NCBI GenBank assembly: GCA_964016885.1
Contig: OZ024742.1
Span: 188,666,001 to 188,730,000 of the forward strand
Source: Eledone cirrhosa
Taxonomy: Eukaryota
Length of the DNA stretch: 64,000 bases
Direction of reading: 5' to 3'
The translations under genes were made by a program, and so were the position numbers. The notes beneath the pieces are model-generated. The model searched no databases. It was not told where the DNA came from and worked only from the letters and a program-made list of their open reading frames with translations. Below are positions 27,609 to 44,666 of the stretch, piece after piece. Position 1 is the first letter of the stretch, and each line of letters begins with the position of its first letter.

Positions 27609-27728
27609 CATATACATATATATGTGTGTGTATGTATATGTATATATGTGTGTGTGTGTATATATATATGTATGTACATATATATATATGTATGTCTGTA
27701 TATATAAATATATATACATATATATACG

Positions 27729-27816
<88 letters not shown>

Positions 27817-29205
27817 ATATATATATATAAGTAGAAGGGATATTTAATTTGTTGGAAATTCAACAAATATAAATGTTTATAACTGATTCTGAACACTCGA
27901 CAGATTTCTGTAGAAAATATTCAATGATATTAGGTAAATCGAAATTATATTTATAAAACCATATTTATTCTATTATATATATTTCAAATGTACCAAAAAC
28001 TTTGGTATGCTTTCACCAGATAAAATACAATATATAATAATACCATATGTATTATTATTAAAGAGATAATTTGAAATTATTAGTTATTTATAACATCAGT
28101 TACGAGGGTGTTGATTTTATGTTTTATGTAGGTAAATAGGTAGTTCAAGTTGTAGGTTGTTGTTTATAATATGAGTTACGAGGGAAATTGATTTTGTATT
28201 TTATGTAAATAAATAGGTAGTTAAAATTATGAATTTATATATTTGAATATCTTGTTCGGCTTTGAGAATGTTTTAAATAATTTAATAAGTTTATATGATT
28301 GAGAAAGGGAAGATAACTCCAATTGTGTTTGTTAATCGATACATTTTTTAAAGAGTTAGTGTGAGATTAATTACTTATTTAGTCGAAAGAAATGTGAATG
28401 TTTAAACATCGTCTTGAATCTGATACATGTTTCTAATGTCAGTTAATGGTTATTAATCTCCGTTTAAAAATAGCTTTAGAGGGTGTCATTGAAAAAATAT
28501 AATGTAAGAATTAAAGAATTAAAAAATTAAAATTAAAATGATATTGATATACATAAATATATATATAAATATCTATACACATATATATATATAAATAAAT
28601 AAATATATATATAAAGAAATTTTGGCTGAAAGGTGAAAGTACTACAAATATTAGAGATATTACCATATAGAGATATTAATATATTAGAATATTAAAAATT
28701 TAAATTGTTAAAGAAGATAGGATCATTATGAAGATTTATAGGAATATTATAAATTACACATAGTCCTGAATATTGAATTTTGGCGATGTCTGCAAGAAGA
28801 AAATAATTCTGTCCTGAGATCAATAGAGTTTTGACAGTTAATTATATAAAAACTTTCTTCAATACACAATTTACAGAATTTTGACAAAGACATATTTCAG
28901 TACGCAGGTACTTACGAAATCGTTTTCCAAGATATTGAATAGTCTATATTCTTGCTTTTTAAGTTCCATATAAGATGTGAAAGAGAAGTAGAAGATGTTT
29001 ATCAGATCTTCTAAAAGAATGATTATGGTTATTCCAGCGATCTTTAAACTTTTTAGAAGTGGCACCAACATAGTTAAATATATTATCTCTAGTTTTAACT
29101 ACGTTTAGACTACGTGTTTATCTAAACACTTATTTTGTAAAAGGCAGTTTAATTTGATTCTACAGTTACATTTTACGGAGTTGTTGTTTAATATCATTTT
29201 ATACA

Positions 29206-30013
29206 TAAATAAAGCAGGGTATTCGAATAAAATTAAATACATTGACAACAATAACATGGAAAATCACCCTAGTATTAATTATAATAATAATAAACAATTT
29301 AACTTAAACTCTAAACCAAACATAAGAGCTAGAATTAGAAATATTATTTGGTACTCACCCCCATTCGCATTAAGCGTTAAAACGCCTTTAGCAAAACTAT
29401 TCTTTAAAGCACTAGACAAATGTTTTCCTAAAGCCCACAGATACCACTCAATCTTTATCAGACATACTATAAAACTATCCTACTCAACTACTATGAACAT
29501 AGCATGAAATATAAATAGAATTAATAATAGAAATTTAAATTTAAACACTAACCAAAATAGCAATAATATTATTATAAGCAATATCCAGCATAATAGTACT
29601 GTTCCGGACAAGTACTATTATGCTGGATATTGCTAGAAATAATATTATTGCTATTTTGGTTTGTGTTTAAATTTAAATTTCTATTATTAATTCTATTTAT
29701 ATTTTGTGCTATGTTCATAGTAGTAGAGTAGGATAGTTTTATAGTATGTCTGCTAAAGATTGAGTGGTATCTGTGGGCTTTAGGAAAACATTTGTCTAGT
29801 GCTTTAAAGAATAGTTTTGCTAAAGGCGTTTTAACGCTTAATGCGAATGGGGGGGGGGGGGTGAGTACCAAATAATATTTCTAATTCTAGCTCTTTTGTT
29901 TAGTTTAGAGTTTAATTTAAATTGTTTATTATTATTATAATTAATACTAGGGTGATTTTCCATGTTATTGTTGTCAATGTATTTAATTTTATTCGAATAC
30001 CCTGCTCTATTTA
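29206..30013. repeat. About 400-bp-arm palindrome made of PLE coding sequence
   Basis: ORFs 29154..29507(+) and 29572..29871(-) encode nearly the same peptide; the centre agtact-gttccggaca-agtact is at 29595-29616. Confidence 0.9.
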
Positions 30014-30554
30014 AAGCTTTATTATAATATTCAGCCTTATCATCAAAAATATTTTGTTATTAGCAGAGATGCGTGAAATCCGTTGTTAGACACTATTGAC
30101 AATAGTGTTCTTAATAGATCTAGGATGATTAGAGTTAACAGTTACGTAATTTAAATTTTAATTAATTTTATGGAAAGGACAGTAAAGCCCTGTGCTAAGG
30201 TTTGATGTTACGTCTAAGATGTTAACGATTTTATAGTTATTCTTTATTTCTAACTTAATGTTATAATTATTGAAGAATTGTATTATGGATTTTCTTTTCC
30301 TCTTAATTTCACAATTACTATGGTTTTCAATTAAAAGCAGCATATCGTCACGATATAAACCACCGGTCATCTCTGGAATTTTCCTATGCAGTGTATTATT
30401 AATAAATTAGCCCACAATATCCGTTATTTGCGCCGAGTCTGATGATCCCATAGTGATATCAAAATTATTTTTTCTATCGGCTCTTGTCCAGAGATGATTA
30501 TAGAATTCTATTAATTTTTCCGTGCTGTTAGAATTTATAAAACACACTTTGTAT

Positions 30555-30610
30555 TTTATCTGATGAAAGCGTACCAAAGTTGTTGATACCCTTGAAATAT
30601 ATATAATAGT
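30555..30610 (+). ncRNA. Minimal hammerhead in inverted pLTR
   Basis: ttat-CTGATGA-aagcgtaccaaagttgttgataccctt-GAAAT-ATAT-ATA^atag; the mirror at about 27970-28025 has CTGGTGA. Confidence 0.6.
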
Positions 30611-30963
30611 ATAAATATGGTTTTGTAAATATAGTTTCCATTTATTTAATATCATTTTATACATATATGTATGTATATATATTTATATATGATACTATTA
30701 GATTATAATGCCCCTAGTAGAATCTGCATAGGTTTTAAACGATGCTTCATATAGCTTTATATGCATTTCAAAAGTATATCGCGCGAATACAAATTGACAG
30801 TGGCAACGAAAGAGGAAAACATTAAAGAGTCAGACTAGAAACCAATCAATTTACAGTTTCGTTATTATACCTGCATGAAGGCTTAGGTTATGATTACAAT
30901 ATCATGTTCGTAAAAACTGTACTTATTCCCACGAAGAAAAGAATCAGGAATCATTATTAATGA

Positions 30964-31350
30964 AGGCGGTGAATTGGCAGTATCGGTAGAGGCTCGGACA
31001 TGCTTTCCAGCATAGTTACGTCCCTTTATGATCTGAGTTCAAATCCTGCCGAGGTTAACTTTGCCTTTCATCCATACGGGGTCGATAAAATAAAGTACCA
31101 GTAATGTACTGGATAATTGCTGGCCTTGTGCCAACAGTAGAAAGAATTATTAATGAAGGCGGTGGATTGGCAGTTTCGGTAGAGAGTCGGACACCATGCT
31201 TTGAAGCATAGAGTTACGTCCCTTTATGATCTGAGTTCAAATCCCGCCGAGGTTAACTTTGCCTTTCATCCTTACGGGGTCGATAAAATAAAGTACCAGT
31301 AATGTACTGGGTAATTGCTGGCATTGTGCCTAAAATAGAAACAATTATTA
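30964..31350 (+). mobile_element. Tandem pair of SINE family A
   Basis: Two head-to-tail units of about 190 bp, each with A/B boxes and the central domain. Confidence 0.92.
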
Positions 31351-31918
31351 ATGAAGGAAACATTTATTCTGTTACTGAAATGAAAACAGGAGACAACAAA
31401 AACAGATGTTTTCAAAAGTTGTAAATCTTGATTTTCTATTTTTAATCTACAAATACTTAAAACATATGTTTAATAACAAACAGTTTAAACATGGGCCTTC
31501 CAGCATCATATAGGCTCAGCAATACTTATTCAAATATAAATGTATGTCCTATGTTTATAATATAAAGCCTAAATACGATGTAAATAAGTTATTTTAACTT
31601 CGTTCTTTGCTTTCCGTGGGTTATGCGACGCCTGGAGAATATCACGATTGCATTCAAAGTTAAGCAACTGAATAAAAGTACAAGCTATTAACCTCTGTAC
31701 TCGATTATAGCCCATTAGGGAACTAAAACCCCAACTGCCGTTGCTGCACATCTTTAGGTGTATGAACTGGAACAAACTGAAATATAGTGCCTTGATCAGA
31801 TTCACAACTCAACCCTTGGTCTGGGAATCGAAAGGTCGAACTCAGGATCGTTGGTGGCCAAACGCTGTACACGACAGGCATTCACATACATACACACGCA
31901 AACACGCATACACACACC

Positions 31919-32028
<110 letters not shown>

Positions 32029-32043
32029 CATATATATATACAC

Positions 32044-33583
<1,540 letters not shown>

Positions 33584-35183
33584 TATATATATATATATAT
33601 ATATCCATATTCTACCTATCCAGTTATTGTATACGGAAGTGAGCAATAATCTTACTTGTCTAAACTCGTAACTCACAATCTCCCCCTTCTCCCTCCGTAT
33701 ATATATATATATATATAATCGGCGTACAATCAGTATATACACTGTTGATTATATAGATTCACTGAGTTTCATAAACAGATCTCGTCTTATCTTTATCTTG
33801 ACAATTTCTGATTAGAAATGTTTAATTAAAAGTTGTAAATCTAAATTCTACACACTCGGATTAGTATGCCACATGTTTAGATACTTTATATGGCAATCAT
33901 AAGGACCGGATTACGGTGAATCATGGGTGAATGCCATTTACTACAACCTTGAGTTGAGGCAAACCTTGAGAGAGGCGGAATTGAGGTGATTAAACTGTTC
34001 GTGAGCCCGTTGTATACCTGTAATTTCACTGATCCGCTTTGTCACATAGAGTTTGACGTTGATTGCTAGTGACAATTATTTTCAGGGTACACATATCTGT
34101 GGAATGTCCATGCAAATAAACTATGATACAAACTGACTTGTATTTGTAATTCAATAGCTTTGTCACACACCGTGTCACCTTGAATCTCAATGAGAATTCA
34201 ATTAAGTGTACATAAGTGATATGCTCAGACAATTGTAAGTTAATTTCATGAGCCGGTTGTTCTGTTGATCAAACAACTGGATCACCCTTCGTCGAATCGA
34301 TGGATATCCAACCTCTACCATATTTAAAATATACTGCCTCTATTGTTGTTGTCAAGTGATGATGGATGTGTTATTTCCCTTAATTGCTCAAGGAAATCTC
34401 CTCTAAATAGAACATTCATTTTGCGCTCACTTCAATAGCAGTGTCATCTCTGTTGGTAATTTCCTTTGGTTTGAATTAACAGAAATAATGATTCATAGCA
34501 CTGGAACATTCGCTGAAATCTGTAGGTTGTCTCACAAAAGAGGGGACTGGCTAAAAAAAAACAAAAGAAAACAGAAAAAAATACAGCAATTATGTAAAAG
34601 AACCCCGCCTCCTAAAAAAAACAAAACACGAAATCATGACAGACATTGCTGTTTAACGTTATGTGTACAAAAATGATTGTATCAAGCACACCTATTATCC
34701 ACAGAAGTTTGTGCTTCAAATACTTTCTGCATAGAGTTGTCAGGGAAACACACAAGATAAATTAAACATACTGTTCTCGTCGTTTTGACATTTGATGTGT
34801 TGTAAGCACTTGTAGCTAGTCCAGTGGTATATTGATTGCAATAAGAATTGCTAATTAAAAAATGTGAACAAAGAAATAAGGTAGTAGTAATAATAATAAT
34901 AGTTGTTCACTTCTTGGTATTGCAACAAAAGTGTTTGTTATAAAAACTATAGAGAATAATATAATAAAGACTTGGAAACAAATAGGAAAATGAAAGAAAC
35001 CTGAAAACTAAACAATATTTAGTGGCAAATAACACACACACTCAGACAAACACACATCCACACACACAAACACATACATTCACACGTACACACACATATA
35101 TATAAATATAAATATATATATACATAGAAAGAGAGAGAGAGAGGAAAGAGTGAGAGAGGAAAGAGAGAGAGAGAGAGAGAGAG

Positions 35184-35228
<45 letters not shown>

Positions 35229-35299
35229 TGTGAGAGAGAGGAGAGAGAGCGTGTGTGTGGTGCTGAGACCGGGGAGACCAATAATCATGGGAGAACTCA

Positions 35300-35356
35300 C
35301 CCCTGAAATGGCTTGCTAAACACACGAGCCGAAACCGCTTAGCACTGCGGTTGGGG
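35300..35356 (+). ncRNA. Hammerhead-like three-stem fold with non-canonical core
   Basis: ccc-CTGAAAT-ggcttg..cgagcc-GAAA-ccgc..gcgg-TT-gggg; all three stems pair but the core is not CTGANGA. Confidence 0.45.
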
Positions 35357-35361
35357 TTTTA

Positions 35362-35450
<89 letters not shown>

Positions 35451-36201
35451 ATATATGTATATATATATATATATAAATACATAATCGGAGAAATCTAATA
35501 GCGATACTCCGGCCAAATTCCAACTCACTCAACAAACATTAGGAAATACCTGAGTATATTCCTAATTAAACGTTTGGGGTGCTAACTAATTGTATTGTGT
35601 GGAAAATTGGCTGTATCTTTCATATGAGATATATCAAATATATCTCTTCCCAGACGGACGTGTCGTTTCACTATAAGATTTCTACAAGTTGGGTGAAATT
35701 ATACCAATTTATGTAGAAGCTTGTATAAGGTCAACAGATACTTATTCAAGTGGGCTCTAATAATTCTTCAGTGGGTGCCCAATAATATTAATATTGATAA
35801 CCAAATCAACATCAATATTTAGCGATATCAGTGCTTGAGGGAGCTGCTAGGTTGTTAGTCCAACAGTTCTAAAGAAAATCTCACACTGTATCGAAAATAG
35901 GAGGAAAGAGATTACCACAAAAAAAAACAATACATGCGCAGGTCAATGAATTCTGAAAGGAATTCAAGCCACGTGCTAGAACTCAATTGGATTTGAAAAA
36001 ATAACCATATGTGCGCATCGCTTGATGACACACATAGATATTTTCTCGGGCAAAATAACAGAATGAGATACAAGAACAAACAATCAATATTCATATTAAA
36101 AATAAACAAAGAGAATCATACCTTATATCATGCAAGTTCATATATGTTGCACCAAGAGTAAATATATAAATACATAATCGGAGAAATCTAATAGCGATAC
36201 T

Positions 36202-36239
<38 letters not shown>

Positions 36240-36242
<3 letters not shown>

Positions 36243-36622
36243 GTAGGAGGTGAGTTTTATTGTAGTACAATAAAGCAATGCAGATATCGGATAAGAAGCA
36301 CTCTACAGTTTGTAGGACTGGAGTATACATAATATATAAGATCAAAAGATGGTTAAATGAGTTCCATGTATTTTATTATGCGCATTTCAAAAACAAATAT
36401 CATCATGCAATAAAATTTGTGTTTTCATCAGATAAAATAGGAAGACATGATATGAAGGTTAAAAACACTTGTGGATAGTGCAGTTTTAAATCAACATATG
36501 TTGATTTAAAACTGCACTTTTTAATGAAAACACAAATGTTATTGCATGATGATATTTGTTTTTGAAATGCGCATAATAAAATGGAACTCATTTAACCATC
36601 TTTTGATCTTATATATTATATA
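36240..36622 (-). mobile_element. pLTR-like fold-back with hammerhead (36370-36438) and a 42-nt perfect palindrome (36477-36518)
   Basis: attttat-CTGATGA-aaacacaaat..atttgttttt-GAAAT-GCGC-ATA^ataaaat; arms about 36328-36428 / 36524-36619. Confidence 0.82.
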
Positions 36623-37065
36623 TATATATATATATTTATATATGCCATATTTATATATTTCATAATTTATCATATATTTTTACTCTTCTGAATATAACTG
36701 AATATATACACAACTTAACTAGTAGCAAGAACAAGAATAATGACGGATGTCCATTGCAGGATGCTATTATCTTTAGGTGAAACGCGCGTCCTCGAAGATG
36801 GTTTGTTAGGTAATTTGTTGTCGAACTAAATTTATATATCTATATCTATATCTATATCTATATCTATCTCTCTCTATATATACATATATACACATACATA
36901 TATATAATTTACCCAAACTTTCAAGCTCCTCCCCTTCTGAAAATTATTCGTTCCTAATGAAGGGTTAATATCTGATACGTTGAAGCAAATATTTATTTAT
37001 CTTCATTCCCAAGTCTGAATCTGATATACATTCTTTATTCTTGAGGAAATATAAGTAAATAAATA

Positions 37066-37109
<44 letters not shown>

Positions 37110-37111
<2 letters not shown>

Positions 37112-37348
37112 GGAACCAGTAATACGCCGACGGCTGAGCTCAAGCCGTTTCGACGGCTAATTCTGGACTAAAAAAAAAATATATATATATATATATATTT
37201 TTTTTTTTTTTAGTCCAGAATTAGTCGTCGAAACGGCTTGAGCTCAGCCGTCGAGGTCTTACTGGTTTCCTATTACCCACTCTACTACCCTAAGTATTGA
37301 CTACTTTGGTGCGTTATGGTCCACCTGGTTCCTTACCACATTTCCTTC

Positions 37349-37352
<4 letters not shown>
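37110..37352. mobile_element. Fold-back hinged on A-run/(TA)n/T-run
   Basis: 37127-37179 pairs with 37200-37252 around a TA tract. Confidence 0.8.
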
Positions 37353-37390
<38 letters not shown>

Positions 37391-38538
37391 GACGCGCTTT
37401 TGATTCCAGAGTCGGACTAGATCGATACAGATCAAACCCTGAGCTGATAGCTAATGAAACGCGTCTCACTACTGAATAAAAGTAATGGAGACATAAAAAT
37501 CATCCTTTGTTTTACATATATACACACAAAGTGTTGTAATGTTGTAATCCTCACGTATTTATTATGTCTCTACCACTGTATCCGAATTACTATTTTCACT
37601 TTCTACTCCAGATAATTGCTATCGATATTTACAAACCTTGTCCAATATCATTCATTTAGCAGTTGCTATGACAATGTAAATAAAAACATTGACGTTTAAT
37701 AATACATATTACACCCCACTGAATGCAAAACTTTAAGGAAAGTATGGAAAAAAATTAAGACCAACAAATAAAAAAGTGAAATTATTATTCATGTCTTAAT
37801 TTCTCCCTCTCTAATTTCAATTTTATTATTTCTATTTTGATTGTTTTTCTTTATGAATTAATTATTTATGTTTCATTTTAAAATATATTTATGGATTGTT
37901 TAATTTAGGTGATTATATCTATAGTTTGGGGCCAGAAGTAAATATTGTAATAGTACACGATACATGATCTTTGTCTTTTCCCTATTATTAGACTATCTGG
38001 TGTTAACGATGATGTATGGTCGGACGACAGAAGCAAAACAAAAGCATATATAAAAATAAAAAAAAACAGCAACCGTTCCATAGAAGAGATTTGCTTTACG
38101 TTACGATAACATTTATAAGAGATGGCTGTTCCCGAGAGAGACGCCATCAACTAAGAGTTTCTTATACATTATTGATTTTTAAATTATTTCCACATATTGG
38201 CTCCTTAGTAACAGGAAACCTTTAGCTTCTGTCATTTGTTTTTCTATTTACATTATAAATGAGTTATGAAGGGAAAAATAGAGGGTAATGGTGGGGCTAT
38301 GAGAGTAAATAAAACAGCGAGATTTGCTTATGTTTAATTTCTATCCAATCTGACTTTCTCGAAAAAGGAAATAGAATGCATTAAATTTCATGTATTATCT
38401 TATTTTATTTTATTATACTAGAAAGAAAATATGTTAGGCTGCATATTTAATTGTTACAATTCAACAATCTAAACAATAGATTTTTCCGTGTAAAATATAT
38501 CTCATTGATAATGTTAATAATATCATGATTATATAGTA

Positions 38539-39852
38539 TACTAGCAGAATGGCCCGGCGTTACTCGGGATTTGCTCTAGGGTTCTTATATATTTGATATA
38601 TATTTATCCTTATTGAGCTTCGTAAAATAAATACGTTTATTTATATTTTGTTATTGTGTATGAACAAATATCTGTATACGAATATATAATTATATATATA
38701 TCTATATATCTAAAACAGAGAATGTATGTCTGTCTGTCTGTCAGCTCACTAAAACTTGAGAACCACCCAACTGATTGTTTTCAAGCTTTACGCATGTAAT
38801 ACGTATGGTCCTGTAGTGTTTTGAGTAAAACTTATTTCAAATTTTCAATGCCCTAGGGACCGCATTAGGCGATTTAGCGATTTCTTTATATCATTCTTAG
38901 TGTTTCTTTTTAGATATATACATAGATATAACGTTGCGCCCTTATAATATCTGTCTGTATGTCTGGCTATCTGCATTACGTCATTATGACGCGATCATAA
39001 TGTGTGTATATATATGTATCGTAATGCAGACAGCAAGATATATAGCTGTCCTCCTTCCACTCTTCCAGCGTCTCTCTCTCTCTCTCTCTCTCTCTCCCGC
39101 TATCCCCCTCTTTTAGTTTGTCTGTTTCTTTCACTCTCACTCTTTCTCTTTATAACTCACTCCCATTAATACTAAAGGCTTAAGGTAATGTTCTCAAAAT
39201 AAATAATATTAAATCTATAAGATTTTTATATTATGTGAGATAAAGCCTTTACCATGAAAATAATATAGTATATATAGAGTAATGTAAATGCTAAAGGGTT
39301 AATTCCATCAGACCATGTGAGAGAGTTTATAATCACTCATGCACACATACACACTCACGCATGAAAACGAACACAAACTCACACACACACGCGCGCACGT
39401 ACTCACACACGCAATAGTTATTCCACTGCCATGTATCTTTGACGCATACAACTCTCAAAAGACGGCGTCTGTCACTCTCTCTCTCCCGCTATCCCCCACT
39501 TTTAGTCTGTCTGTTTCTTTCACTCTCACTCTTTCTGTAACTGGTTCACATTTCTCCCCTCTATCGAAAAACGCTGTGACGAATGGGAAGAAGGAGGAGG
39601 AGTAGAGAGCCACTTCTTCACTTCGCCTCTCCGTTTCTTTCTCTCCCCTCTCACTCCCTTATTCTGTACAGACATTGACCACTTCACTAAATCGATCCCT
39701 AGGTTAGAATAATTTGAACTTTTCTGGGGATCAAAGCACTTCCGGTGCCATACGGGTTACATGTGTAAAGTTTGAAAAAAAAAACGGTTGGGTACTTCTC
39801 GAGTTTTAGGGAAACAGACACACAGACAGACATCCTCTGTGTTATATATATA
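38539..39852 (+). mobile_element. Lep1/HINE-like non-autonomous Helitron with an inverted 3' module inside (38702-39030)
   Basis: 5' tactagcagaatggcccggcgttactcggg; 3' tacatgtgtaaagtttgaaaaa..cggttggg..acagacagacatcctctgtgttatatatatag; termini shared with the 47811 and 60334 copies. Confidence 0.7.
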
Positions 39853-40239
39853 GCTTAATAACAACTGCAGATGTTTTGGTAGCCCATTGCGTCCGTCTCG
39901 ACACATAGTTCTCGGACAGCTTAGCACTATAAATATACATATATAAAAATGCACACACACACACACACACACATACATACACATACATATATATACATAT
40001 ATATATATATATATGTACATGTGTAATTATATACATATGAAAATTCCATCCACCAACCTATCTCCTGCCAACGTCACCAACCTTTTTATTAGCCCTATAT
40101 ACATCCACCTCTACAGAGAGAGTTTAATTTTCTCAGAAATATGTGTAGTGATGGCGGCAATATATGGCCTGTGTTCTAAGATGTGCAAACACAAACACAC
40201 ACACACACACACACACAAACACACATACATATATATATA

Positions 40240-41196
<957 letters not shown>

Positions 41197-41350
41197 TGTA
41201 ATAAACAACATAAGGCAATTATTTCATTTACCAGTGGTTTTTACCTTATGTTGTTTATTACATAATTATTAAACTCTGTTACCTACATAGAGCACTCTTT
41301 TTTCCTGGACTTTTTCGACGGAATTACTTCACACACACACACACACACAC

Positions 41351-41413
<63 letters not shown>

Positions 41414-42152
41414 GTGTGTGTGGATATTGAAGTCATGTATTCTTCCGTACAAATAGAAACATATATTCAGTTGATACGTTGTCTTAAACATAAGATGCTG
41501 TTATTCTAAATGCTGCCATAAAGAAAGCGTGACAATATGCAACACCTCACCACAATAAAAACACTTATATATTATAGTCGATTTTAATATAATTATATTT
41601 ATAGTGTTCTTGTGGGAATTTTATTTTTTTTAAAATAACAGTCACCACATTAGTTTCAAAAAGAAAAAATGGTGAACATTTACCCTACAAATATATTTCA
41701 AAAGAAATTTAACGAAGTGAATATGTGAATATGTGTGATAAAAGATAATAAATGACACAAATATAAACAGCCGGCACATTTTCTGAAAAATGTAAGAAAA
41801 CTATTACAACTTAATTTTAAATCTTTAATTTTTAGTTTTTAATTCTTATAAAATTATTTTTAATTGTAATACTTAACATTTGATAAGATGAATTTTAATC
41901 ATATATCGAAACCGGTAATACTTTATATACTTTATATATATTATAAAACTATTTTTTAAAAAAGAATTGTCCCTCTCATTTTTTCAATAATGTCATCCTT
42001 TGAATAATGTCACTTTGACGAATCAAAGAAAGAGAAAAAAAAATAAAAACAGACCCTAAAAAATGTATTTTCCGTGCTATTTCCAACTTCACCCTTTCTC
42101 TATATCCACTGTTTTGTATAGAACCTTCCTCCCTTTTCTAATATATATATAT

Positions 42153-42267
<115 letters not shown>

Positions 42268-42361
42268 CGATGGAAGTTTGGTAAGGAACCAGGTGGAACA
42301 TTCCTATTAATTCTTTTTAATTGTAATACTCAACATTTGATGAGATGAATTTCCAACTTCC

Positions 42362-42460
<99 letters not shown>

Positions 42461-42701
42461 ATATATATTCAATTCTATTTTTGAAAAGCATAAGAACTGT
42501 GAAACCGGTAAAGGAAACAAATAAATATTCTTAAAAAGACTCCAGTCGCATTTTCGATTTTTTTCGTTATACTTTCACTCGTGTAAGATATCTCATTTTC
42601 TTTTCATTTAAAAAAAACCCTCATTTTCTTATATTTATATATATATATATGGGTGTGTGTGTGCATTTTTGTGTATGCGTACGTTTGTATGTACATGTGT
42701 A

Positions 42702-42747
<46 letters not shown>

Positions 42748-43096
42748 TATGTCTGTGTGTGTGTGTGTGTGCCTGCGTGTATAAATTTACATTGCCCTAA
42801 CCGATATATGGAACAGGAGGCTATGCTTATCACACAGTTGGGCATGTCTTCAATATAAAATATTTTGTAATGTCCTAATCTACCTGAAAAAGTAACGTTT
42901 CGTATCATCTTGGGTAAGAATCATTTACCCTTGACTTAGGTCGGCCCATTTCTTGTTAGTGCAAGTGTGCAGGCGGAAAATGTTTGGAAGCTCGTTGGTT
43001 GGATGGACCTTTAATTCAAAGGTTTACCAATGTTCCATGCCGCACGAGGCTGCATCTCTCCAAGATTTACCTGTCTGCGAAATTCTCAGCAACTTG

Positions 43097-43488
43097 TACT
43101 CTCGAGTCCCAAATAATAGGAGTGTGGCTTGAAATAAGCTGGCGCGGGAGAGAATTGATAATGTTTCTAGGTTGTCTCCCTTGATATTTTAAAACTAGAT
43201 TTAGGTGTTTAATCTATATAGTGAGATGCCAACTCATCCTATTTATTTTATAACGCATAGGATTTCTATTAATGTTATTTCCTTTTTTTTTTGTTATGTA
43301 TAATGTTGTTTTTTTTATGTATAAAGATAATTAATTGACGTAGGAACGCTAGCATTTAAAATAAAGTTTCGCCAAAGATACATTAGCAAAATTGTAAAAA
43401 TGTGGGCGGTTAGAATAAAAGCGCGGGGCTGGTCATCTAAACAATGAATAGTCGTTGAATGGCAACGATTATTAGAGACCTGAGAGTA
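43097..43488. mobile_element. Candidate Tc1/mariner(pogo)-type MITE
   Basis: Imperfect 23-bp terminal inverted repeats (tactctcgagtcccaaataatag vs tactctcaggtctctaataatcg, 18/23) beginning with TA. Confidence 0.45.
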
Positions 43489-44592
43489 CGTAATTTCTGT
43501 CGCGGGGGTTTTTCCTTTGATCGAACAACAAAAACACCTATCGTCGGAGTCAACAGAGGTCCAATCCATATGATAGTGGCCAGAACAGTGATAAACTACG
43601 TTATCGTATGAAGATGCTCAGTCAAGTTTCATTCATTCATAGTAATATATATATTACTTAAGAATGTTCTAGAACAAGAAATTATAGTGAAACAGTTAAT
43701 GTGTCCATTAATGACAGCAAGAATTAATATGAATTTTAGGTCAGAAAGTGTAAAACGTTTTAATTCACAAGTTCTTAATTTTATTCAATCAATTGAAGTG
43801 AATCTATCTATCTATCTGCCTATCGATTGGTTTATCTATCTATCTGCCTATCTATCTGCTGCCTGTCTATCTATCTAGCTACTTTCTGGTGAGCGCACGT
43901 GTGTGTGGGTTTATGTGGGTGTGTTTGTTTGTGCATATGTGTGTGTGCATGTGAGTATGTGTGTTTGTGTATTTTGTATATTTGTTTTATACACGCAAGT
44001 TTCATGTTACATTTAATTATTCATATTCAATACGATTTAATAGATTCCTAAACAGCCTTTTGTTGCAGCAGATGTTTTAATTAAGCTAAAGCCGAAGCTA
44101 GTTCCAATTTATTTAACAACATAAAACAGCTAATCAGTTAGCAAGACTTTTTAATAATAACTTAATGAGAAGGGGATGAAGCAAACTACAGAAGTATTAA
44201 ATATTATTTGATACGGTAATATAGGAAGGCCTGGAGGAAACTTCCTTATAAAACCAAAGATTAGGATACGGAAATATAACGTGTTAATTTGAGCCTCTGT
44301 GAGACAGAACAATACTTGAATTTCAACCTTAAAACGATTCAAGTCATATTTCTTTAAATAAACAATAACACGTTCCATCTTTTATTTCAACAGTAAACAT
44401 ATACCATACGCTTTGTTTCCAATGGAGTGGTGGATTGGAAGAATCGTTGGCATGCCGGATTAAACGCTTTGGTGCATTTATTCTGGTACTTTATTTTCGC
44501 TGCCTATATTGACTTTTCTGCTTTAACATAACGGGCACGTAAATTCATTCGTTGAACAATATTATCATAATATTATTATTATTCATTCCCGA

Positions 44593-44666
<74 letters not shown>

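Larger units (their letters stand above)
27880..30665 (-). mobile_element. Decayed Naiad-type PLE with internal inverted duplication and inverted pLTRs
   Basis: Minus-strand fragments FDITMGSSDSAQITDIVG, GGLYRDD, PPFALSVKT..CFP, CNCR...YVGATSKKFKDRWNNH...CRHR; hammerhead-bearing inverted repeats at about 27950-28030 / 30549-30630. Confidence 0.85.

Noticed and set aside
31156-31250. tRNA genes
   Set aside because: The A/B boxes belong to SINE heads; no cloverleaf, and they continue into SINE bodies
36755-37470. Further hammerheads at GAAACGCGCGTC (36779) and GAAACGCGTC (37456); similar half-motifs at about 13515, 41908 and 42501
   Set aside because: Only half of the core is recognisable or stem I is missing; probably decayed pLTRs but not supportable individually
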